Both the position numbers and the translations under genes were made by a program. The notes below the pieces were generated by a model. That model did not search any database and was not told the origin of the DNA. It worked only from the letters and a program-made list of their open reading frames with translations. This document shows, piece after piece, positions 58,428 through 64,000 of a stretch of 64,000 nucleotides of DNA (position 1 is its first letter; every line of letters begins with the position of its first letter). This stretch comes from an uncultured Gammaproteobacteria bacterium (GTDB lineage: Bacteria > Pseudomonadota > Gammaproteobacteria > Xanthomonadales > Xanthomonadaceae). The stretch is taken from the NCBI GenBank assembly GCA_963698475.1, contig CAVOQX010000004.1, forward strand, positions 32,466-96,465, given 5' to 3'.

Positions 58428-58534
58428 GCCTAACACCTGAGTTAAGCCGGGACGCGTAGCGGCTCGGCGGGGTGGTACACGATACCGCGCGAGCCGAGCC
58501 GCGAAGCGGTCTCGGCTTGAACGAATAGTTAGAT
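58428..58534 (-). repeat. attC40 (type A)
   Basis: gcctaac..gttagat. Confidence 0.85.
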
Positions 58535-59599
58535 TGCAACAGGTGCTATCTCCAAAAACTCACAAATTATGCGGAGCCTTTCGCGAAGATTGGATGCGTC
58601 ATTTGTACCTTGCTGGGATAAGCGGTCGTACTCCAGTAGTTCGAAGTTCGCGTCCTCATAATCGTTCTCTGCCGAAATACGGTTCTGACGAACTGCTTCC
58701 CGGAATGCGAAGATCTCTGAGCGCGTGAGCGCATGTGCGGACTCATCGGCACTCTTTACTAGCAAATAATAAAGTGCCATGTTGCCCTGTGCTCGTAACA
58801 GCTCGTCTCCCTGGACGAATAGAGTATTCATGCGGTTCAAGTTATTACGGACTATTCCTGCAAGGCTATTAACTTCAGAAAGTTTTCCGGTCTTGTAGTT
58901 GCGCGCCAAGGCGTCGAGATACACTTTCTTTGTGTCCGAAATTTTACCAAGAGCGCCAATGTTGTGTTCAATCAACAGCAGTCGCGCCGCAACTTCTCGA
59001 TGTTGGAATCTTCGATTGCTGAAGGAAACTTTGTTTTGAAAAAGCGGATGAGATGAGATATCACGAATCGCAGATACTAAGTCGCCACCAATTGCGTTTC
59101 GTTTTTCAGCGGCATTTAGAGGTACCGCTTCATTCAAGCGCGAAAACATGTCCTCAATAAGTTCGATGTCATCGGTCTCAACGCATACAATTGGTAGAAC
59201 GAATGAGTCAAAATATATTTTCAGTTTTGGAAATGAAGCAGCCAGATCGCTATAGCCAAGACTCATAAGCAAGATGGATGGATCTTCTTGGTACTCAAAG
59301 TCGGGCGAGAGCGTAAACGCACCCTCCATGAATTGCCATATAGTTTCTAGTCTTTGCTTGCCGTCAATAATTGCATACGAAAATTCATTCCCGGCGCGTT
59401 GCTCTCGAGTGAAAGCGTGTAAATATATTTTTGGGATGTCATATGAATTTAGAATTGAGTCTATGAGAAGTTGCTTTTTCTCAAGCGTCCAGATTCCACC
59501 AGCGCGTTGATAATCAGGTTCTGTGTTAATCAAATCTTTTTCTGAGTAGAGCCGCATGATAGTGCTGTGTTGCATTGGAAAGGTTTCAATGTAGCTCAT
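58529..59599 (-). CDS. DUF262 (ParB-like nuclease superfamily, GmrSD N-terminal type) protein
   Basis: ORF 58529..59599; PDYQRAGGIW, IIDGKQRLETI (DGQQR motif), FSRLNEAVPLNAAEKRNA; no recognisable DUF1524/HNH half. Confidence 0.8.
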   Translation of the reverse strand: MSYIETFPMQHSTIMRLYSEKDLINTEPDYQRAGGIWTLEKKQLLIDSILNSYDIPKIYLHAFTREQRAGNEFSYAIIDGKQRLETIWQFMEGAFTLSPDFEYQEDPSILLMSLGYSDLAASFPKLKIYFDSFVLPIVCVETDDIELIEDMFSRLNEAVPLNAAEKRNAIGGDLVSAIRDISSHPLFQNKVSFSNRRFQHREVAARLLLIEHNIGALGKISDTKKVYLDALARNYKTGKLSEVNSLAGIVRNNLNRMNTLFVQGDELLRAQGNMALYYLLVKSADESAHALTRSEIFAFREAVRQNRISAENDYEDANFELLEYDRLSQQGTNDASNLRERLRIICEFLEIAPVAI

Positions 59600-60345
59600 C
59601 TCAGTGTGCTCCGAATGTTTTCACCGATGCTTGATAGTTCCGGAAATAGAGAGAACTTTGAATACCCTAATAGCTTTAATTCACGTCGGAAAACATCCCG
59701 TGACTCTGGAGGGATTTCATACTTAATGACGTGTGTACGTGCTCCAACGTCTTCCAGTGCAATATTGTCAAGATGGTGAATTGTAAATGCACCAAGTTGA
59801 GCCTGGATTCGTGAGTTATTTCTAGTTGCGATGCTGGCTATAGGAAGGAGGCGCGTTCGTTTAGGGCCGGCGGCAAGTGTTTCTAGCTTGTAGTTGCTTA
59901 GCTCTTCGTCTTCGAAGGAAGGAATGAAGAATTCTTCACTTTGATCGTTGATGTGTGCCTCCTTATTTAGCTCGGAAGGCTTGAGCACCCAGAGAGCTGA
60001 GTCACCATCGTGATCTGGTTGTGAGTCGTTTACTGCAAAATACAAAGCCACGAGCGGGCTTTCTGACCAATCCAAAAGCCTTGTTGGCAGACCATAGTGC
60101 TGCATCAAGAAGAGCCAATCGTAGCTGTCCTTTGGCTCTCGATGTACCAGCAGGGCAGCGCTCTGTTTGAACCTCTTTAGAAGCGTTCCCTCGGATGGGG
60201 CTTCCACTAGTCTCAGGTAGCCTGGTAGCAGCTTCCAATTGCTGTTGGAGTGCCCGCGGAACCAGACGGCTCCGTTGTAGGAGCCAACGTCTTCTTCCAG
60301 GCCCTCAAGAAGTTGAGCTAGATTGCTTATTCTTCGAGTCGTCAT
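59596..60345 (-). CDS. FRG-domain protein
   Basis: ATG 60345 inside ORF 59596..60369; VWFRGHSNSNWKLLPG, LMQHYGLPTRLLDWSESPLVALYFA, NSRIQAQLGAFTI; stop overlaps DUF262 start (ATGA). Confidence 0.8.
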   Translation of the reverse strand: MTTRRISNLAQLLEGLEEDVGSYNGAVWFRGHSNSNWKLLPGYLRLVEAPSEGTLLKRFKQSAALLVHREPKDSYDWLFLMQHYGLPTRLLDWSESPLVALYFAVNDSQPDHDGDSALWVLKPSELNKEAHINDQSEEFFIPSFEDEELSNYKLETLAAGPKRTRLLPIASIATRNNSRIQAQLGAFTIHHLDNIALEDVGARTHVIKYEIPPESRDVFRRELKLLGYSKFSLFPELSSIGENIRSTLR

Positions 60346-60360
60346 GATGTCTCCATTGCA

Positions 60361-60467
60361 ATCTAACACCTGAGTTAAGCCGGACTGCGAAGCGGCGCGG
60401 CGTTGTGGTACACGATACCGCGTTAGCCGAGCCGCGAAGCGGTCTCGGCTTGAACGAATAGTTAGAC
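60361..60467 (-). repeat. attC41 (type A)
   Basis: atctaac..gttagac. Confidence 0.85.
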
Positions 60468-60938
60468 CCCTCTCGATGCTTCTTTTTCGAAGCTGCGAAG
60501 CCGACTCAGTTCGTAAAGGATGAGTCCAAAGACTCCGAGGCCGCCCAGAAGTGCAACTGCCATGCCAAGTACAAAGAACTCAGCGCCACTCTCACTGTGC
60601 GAAGTCATGGAAGCCCGCATGAGCGGAGTAGCGATCCAACCCAAAATGCTTGAAGCTGCCCCAACATATAGAAGAAATGTGCCTGTAGCTCGCAGTAGAG
60701 CGATGAAGCCAGTAGCTTGAAATGCAGCGAGAGTTCTTGGAATGCGAGCCACCACATAGATCCGATAGCCCCCGAGCAGAAGAAACAAAATTGTACCGAT
60801 GTAAGGAATATTGCCGACGAGATTTGAGCCAGTAGCCATAGCTACCCAGCTGGAACGAGTGATTCCAAATGGAACTATTGCACCGAGCACTACAATGCAA
60901 TATGCGATCTTTGTGAAAAGTGATGCGTCCTTGCTCAT
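60462..60938 (-). CDS. Membrane protein (4-5 TM)
   Basis: ORF 60462..60938. Confidence 0.65.
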   Translation of the reverse strand: MSKDASLFTKIAYCIVVLGAIVPFGITRSSWVAMATGSNLVGNIPYIGTILFLLLGGYRIYVVARIPRTLAAFQATGFIALLRATGTFLLYVGAASSILGWIATPLMRASMTSHSESGAEFFVLGMAVALLGGLGVFGLILYELSRLRSFEKEASRGV

Positions 60939-60969
60939 CTGTGGCCTGCAATTGTTGGTTGGTTGAGGG

Positions 60970-61076
60970 GTCTAACACCTGAGTTAAGCCGGACCGCTGC
61001 GCGGCGCGGCGTTGTGGTACACGATACCGCGTTAGCCGAGCCGCGAAGCGGTCTCGGCTTGAACGACTTGTTAGGG
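60970..61076 (-). repeat. attC42 (type A)
   Basis: gtctaac..gttaggg. Confidence 0.85.
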
Positions 61077-61099
61077 CGCAGAGCCGGGTGCGCTGACCC

Positions 61100-61393
61100 T
61101 TACGCGAAAAGCCAGAAAGCGAAAGGGAATAGCGTTGTGCCTGCGAGGATTAGGGAAGTCACGGCAGCAAGTCTCGGAGCGCTCCGGATAGCGGACCCAG
61201 CGAATGCAGATCCGATGATCATGGCAAGTACACCGGAGAAGAGCTGCACGTAAGCACGATCACGAGCAGCAGAAATCACTGCTTGTCCAACGGATGGTGC
61301 GTAGTCCATCCACAAACCGCCAAGACCTGACAGGTAGAGGAACGAACCCAACGCCGCTAATGCTATTGAACTAACGCCCGCGTTGAACTTCAT
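61100..61393 (-). CDS. Small 3-TM protein (paralogue of 48740..49030)
   Basis: ATG 61393 inside ORF 61100..61408; shares ..LSGLGGLW..AARDR.Y..LF.GV..LILAG..LFPFAFWLF with the other copy. Confidence 0.65.
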   Translation of the reverse strand: MKFNAGVSSIALAALGSFLYLSGLGGLWMDYAPSVGQAVISAARDRAYVQLFSGVLAMIIGSAFAGSAIRSAPRLAAVTSLILAGTTLFPFAFWLFA

Positions 61394-61399
61394 CTTGCG

Positions 61400-61506
61400 C
61401 CCTAACACCTGAGTTAAGCCGGACCGCGCAGCGGCTTGGCGATGTGGTACACGATACCGCGTTAGCCGAGCCGCGAAGCGGTCTCGGCTTGAACGAATAG
61501 TTAGGT
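61400..61506 (-). repeat. attC43 (type A)
   Basis: ccctaac..gttaggt. Confidence 0.85.
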
Positions 61507-61514
61507 GCCGGATC

Positions 61515-61554
61515 TTGACACTGACAGCCTTTCATTGTACAAGTACGCGTACAA
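61515..61554 (+). promoter_or_regulatory. yefM-yoeB promoter/operator
   Basis: TTGACA at 61515-61520; TGTACA (61536-41), aGTACg, cGTACAA (61549-54) GTAC-core repeats just upstream of GGAG and ATG 61567, like the TGTACA operator cores described for E. coli yefM-yoeB. Confidence 0.55.
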
Positions 61555-61566
61555 CTGGAGACAGCG

Positions 61567-61818
61567 ATGGACGCAATCACCTACAGCACCGCACGAGCGA
61601 AATTGGCCGACACCATGGACCGCGTCTGCGACGACCACGAGCCGATCATCATCACCCGCAATGGCCAGCAGGCGGTTGTGATGATGTCACTGGACGATTT
61701 CAAGTCGCTCGAAGAGACGTCCTACTTGCTGCGTAGCCCGAAGAACGCCAAGCGTCTGCTTGAGAGCATTGCGGCACTTGAAGCAGGGAAGGGTACTGCA
61801 CGGAGCTTGGCCGAGTGA
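61567..61818 (+). CDS. yefM: YefM/Phd-family antitoxin (encoded opposite to cassette orientation)
   Basis: ORF 61567..61818; MDAITYSTARAKLADTMDRVCDDHEPIIITRNGQQAVVMMSLDDFKSLEETSYLLRSP. Confidence 0.85.
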   Translation: MDAITYSTARAKLADTMDRVCDDHEPIIITRNGQQAVVMMSLDDFKSLEETSYLLRSPKNAKRLLESIAALEAGKGTARSLAE

Positions 61819-62069
61819 ACCTGGTCTTCTCTGAGCAAGCATGGGAAGACTATTTGTATTGGCAAAAGATCGACAAGAAGCTGGTCAAGCGAATCAATGA
61901 CTTGATCAAGGAGATTTCCAGGACGCCACACACTGGAACCGGCAAGCCCGAGCCTTTGAAGCACGCCTTATCCGGCTATTGGTCGAGGCGAATCAACGAC
62001 GAGCACAGGATTGTCTACAAGGCCACCGCTGATTCGGTGCTGATCGCTCAGTTGCGATTCCACTACTAA
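61815..62069 (+). CDS. yoeB: YoeB/Txe-family mRNA interferase toxin
   Basis: ORF 61815..62069; ..AWEDYLYWQKIDKKLVKRINDLIKEISRTPHTGTGKPEPLKHALSGYWSRRINDEHRIVY; 4-nt overlap with yefM. Confidence 0.85.
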   Translation: MNLVFSEQAWEDYLYWQKIDKKLVKRINDLIKEISRTPHTGTGKPEPLKHALSGYWSRRINDEHRIVYKATADSVLIAQLRFHY

Positions 62070-62073
62070 CGGC

Positions 62074-62180
62074 ACCTAACACCTGAGTTAAGCCGGACCG
62101 CGTAGCGGATCGGCGGGGTGGTACACGATACCGCGCAAGCCGAGCCGCGAAGCGGTCTCGGCTTGAACGAATAGTTAGGG
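62074..62180 (-). repeat. attC44 (type A)
   Basis: acctaac..gttaggg. Confidence 0.85.
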
Positions 62181-62627
62181 CGCAGGCTCGTCGAGCATTG
62201 GCTGGACATATAAATACCAGTCAGATGCGTCTGACTCCCAAGGCCAAACGCCAGCGGTGGTGGGCCACACGGCTTGAAGGACCCGGAAATTGTCGCCCTT
62301 GTACAGCCAAAGCGCCCACCCAAAGTAGTCTCTGTAATGGGACTTGTTGACAAGGCGGAACTCAATGTCAAATCCTTCAATGAACCCCGAACCTCGTTGT
62401 CCTGGCTGAAAATGATCACCAGCCTTTACGCGGCGGTTGTACTCATTGACGATGAAATGAGCCATCTCACTTTTGAGACCAGCGACGATTAGCTCTGGTT
62501 GCCCGGAGGTCTGCTCTATGCCAATTGAGTAGGTGAATTTCGGATGGTCAGAATCCTCCAGCACATGGATGACGTGGCAACCGTAAGCGTTGATGTCTTT
62601 GAGGGCTTTGGTCTCACCCTTGTCCAC
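62175..62627 (-). CDS. DUF4262-like protein, copy 2
   Basis: ORF 62175..62627, product identical to 45027..45479. Confidence 0.65.
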   Translation of the reverse strand: MDKGETKALKDINAYGCHVIHVLEDSDHPKFTYSIGIEQTSGQPELIVAGLKSEMAHFIVNEYNRRVKAGDHFQPGQRGSGFIEGFDIEFRLVNKSHYRDYFGWALWLYKGDNFRVLQAVWPTTAGVWPWESDASDWYLYVQPMLDEPAP

Positions 62628-62642
62628 AAACTATCTCCTGCG

Positions 62643-62754
62643 CCCTAACACCTGAGTTAAGCCGCGCCGCGCAGTGGCGAAAGCTTTGCGCTAGCGTAGC
62701 GCAAGCGCAAAGCTGAAGCTACGAAGCGGCGTCGGCTTGAACGAATAGTTAGGC
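62643..62754 (-). repeat. attC45 (type B)
   Basis: ccctaac..gttaggc. Confidence 0.85.
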
Positions 62755-63013
62755 GACGCACGGCAATGGACGAAGTTGGACACGGCGGCCCGCGACGAGA
62801 GCCGGGAGCCGATTGTCACTGGATGCAAACCCGCGCAAGTGAGCGGCCCGTGCTCGAGTGTCCGAAGAAGCGCTTTTACCAGCGATGCTTCAGGTACGAG
62901 CAATGTCCAATGTGTCCGAAGCCGAGACCGGAAACCATCAGGTGCCAAAGATGCCTGGAGATGCGCTAGCGATCAGGTTGCCGTGACACACAGAAAGAAC
63001 TGTTTGATCCGTG
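62755..63013 (-). repeat. R-family ORF-less cassette R12
   Basis: 259-nt body, own attC = attC45. Confidence 0.9.
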
Positions 63014-63121
63014 GCCTAACGCCTGAGTTAAGCCGGAGCGCTTTGCGGCCGCGGCGTTGTGACAATTTGCCGAACAACTCCGCGGCCGCGAAGCGATCTC
63101 GGCTTGAACGAATTGTTAGGT
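63014..63121 (-). repeat. attC46 (variant centre)
   Basis: gcctaac..gttaggt; centre ggagcgctttgcggccgcggcg. Confidence 0.8.
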
Positions 63122-63502
63122 GCGCACTACCGTGATTGCCCACCGCCAAAGCAAGAATAGGGCAAGCAGCCAGACCACAACAATGACACCTGCGGCGAGC
63201 TTACTGATGGGGCGCTCGGTGGCAAGTTGCGCTTGCTCGCGTGCAGAAATCATTACGGGTTCTGGCAGCAGGCGAATGACGAGAGCGAGGCCAAGTGGCA
63301 CGATTAGCAAGTCATCCAGGTACCCGAGTACGGGAATGAAGTCCGGGATGAGATCAATTGGGCTAAGCGCATATGCAGCCACGCATAAGGCGAGCAGGCG
63401 AACCAGTGTTGGAGTTCTTGGATCCCGCGCTGCGTAGTACGCAACCAGCGTGAACTGTTTGAGTTCCTTGGCTCGCCTCTTCAACGAGCTAAGCATCTGC
63501 AT
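63116..63502 (-). CDS. DUF1232 (YkvA-like) membrane protein
   Basis: ATG 63502 inside ORF 63116..63508; YALSPIDLIPDFIPVLGYLDDLLIV. Confidence 0.75.
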   Translation of the reverse strand: MQMLSSLKRRAKELKQFTLVAYYAARDPRTPTLVRLLALCVAAYALSPIDLIPDFIPVLGYLDDLLIVPLGLALVIRLLPEPVMISAREQAQLATERPISKLAAGVIVVVWLLALFLLWRWAITVVRT

Positions 63503-63506
63503 GCGC

Positions 63507-63613
63507 ACCTAACACCTGAGTTAAGCCGGACCGCGCAGCGGCTTGGCGATGTGGTACACGATACCGCGTTAGCCGAGCCGCGAAGCGGTCTCGGCTTGAA
63601 CGAATAGTTAGGC
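63507..63613 (-). repeat. attC47 (type A)
   Basis: acctaac..gttaggc. Confidence 0.85.
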
Positions 63614-63628
63614 GGCTGAGCCCGGTTC

Positions 63629-63928
63629 CTACCAGCGGTAGTCCTGGAGATGGGGATAAGTGCGCATTAGCCAGAAGATAAGGACGAACGCCACTATGGT
63701 CGACACGAGCCAAGCTATTGCTCGCGCTGCGATTGCTCGATCTCGATCCGGGTTTGCCCACCCGCCCAGCAGTTCGTCGTCAAGAGTGACCAATTGCCCT
63801 AACGAGCTCCAGCCCAAGACAATTAGTACGGTGATGATGTAGGGGCTGCGGAAGTAGAATGTCAGGAGCGCCACAATCGCGGCGGGAAAGCCAAATTGAA
63901 ACACCGTGAGTAGCGGAAATCGTTTCAA
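63629..63928 (-). CDS. Small membrane protein (3 TM)
   Basis: ORF 63629..63928; start is TTG, so start uncertain. Confidence 0.5.
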   Translation of the reverse strand: MKRFPLLTVFQFGFPAAIVALLTFYFRSPYIITVLIVLGWSSLGQLVTLDDELLGGWANPDRDRAIAARAIAWLVSTIVAFVLIFWLMRTYPHLQDYRW

Positions 63929-63932
63929 TGCC

Positions 63933-64000
63933 GCCTAACACCTGAGTTAAGCCGGACCGTGCAGCGGCGAGGCGATGTGGTACACGATACCGCGTTAGCC
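63933..64000 (-). repeat. attC48 (partial, cut by window edge)
   Basis: gcctaacacctgagttaagccggaccg.. runs off the window. Confidence 0.8.

Larger units (their letters stand above)
32062..64000 (-). mobile_element. Sedentary chromosomal integron cassette array (partial; continues beyond right edge; intI not in window)
   Basis: 48 attC sites with RYYYAAC..GTTRRRY ends and conserved arms (cacctgagttaagcc / ggcttgaacgaatagtta) from 38559 onward, decayed sites 32.5-36 kb; ORFs almost all on - strand ending in or next to the attC inverse core; GC drop relative to 1-31.9 kb; left boundary uncertain. Confidence 0.9.

Noticed and set aside
38559-64000. Regularly spaced repeats that could be mistaken for a CRISPR array or REP/MITE field
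   Set aside because: The repeats are 88-112 bp imperfect palindromes with RYYYAAC..GTTRRRY ends. The spacers are 190-1830 bp, carry oriented ORFs with stops in the repeat, and there are no cas genes. This is the architecture of integron attC sites.
32062-64000. Integron integrase or any tyrosine recombinase inside the window
   Set aside because: None of the ORFs in the track shows the R..HxxR..Y recombinase pattern or IntI-like sequences. The only recombinases present are the IS3-family DDE transposases.

Overview
This is a high-GC chromosomal segment, probably from a Xanthomonadales-like gammaproteobacterium (an inference from gene content only). It has two very different halves.

**Core region (1 to ~31.9 kb).** Ordinary genes, mostly on the - strand:
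- a benzoyl-CoA-pathway-like cluster: an HgdB/BcrC-type fragment, TetR, Dch-, Oah- and Had-like enzymes, a TPP decarboxylase and an aromatic aminotransferase
- a histidine kinase, a response regulator and a c-di-GMP module, followed by a hemerythrin-GGDEF gene
- aminopeptidase N, a TonB-dependent receptor, and gcvP behind a tandem glycine riboswitch
- an MFS exporter, an M2 (ACE-like) peptidase, minCDE, a GNAT, a NarL-type two-component pair and an SRPBCC protein

Three of these genes carry apparent frameshifts.

**Integron cassette array (~32 kb to the right edge and beyond).** This is a large sedentary chromosomal integron array read on the - strand.
- It has 48 recognisable attC sites of 88-112 bp with RYYYAAC...GTTRRRY ends, plus decayed sites at the distal (left) end.
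- GC content is visibly lower than in the core.
- There is no intI in the window; it is expected to the right.

Cargo of the array:
- three toxin-antitoxin cassettes
- many small membrane or secreted proteins
- an AT-rich FRG + DUF262 two-gene cassette, a candidate defence system
- a cyclase-like gene and a PD-(D/E)xK-like gene
- a 12(+1)-copy ORF-less cassette family (R cassettes), which is the most unusual signal in the window

Three IS3-family elements, one truncated by another and two identical copies 15 kb apart, have rearranged the array.
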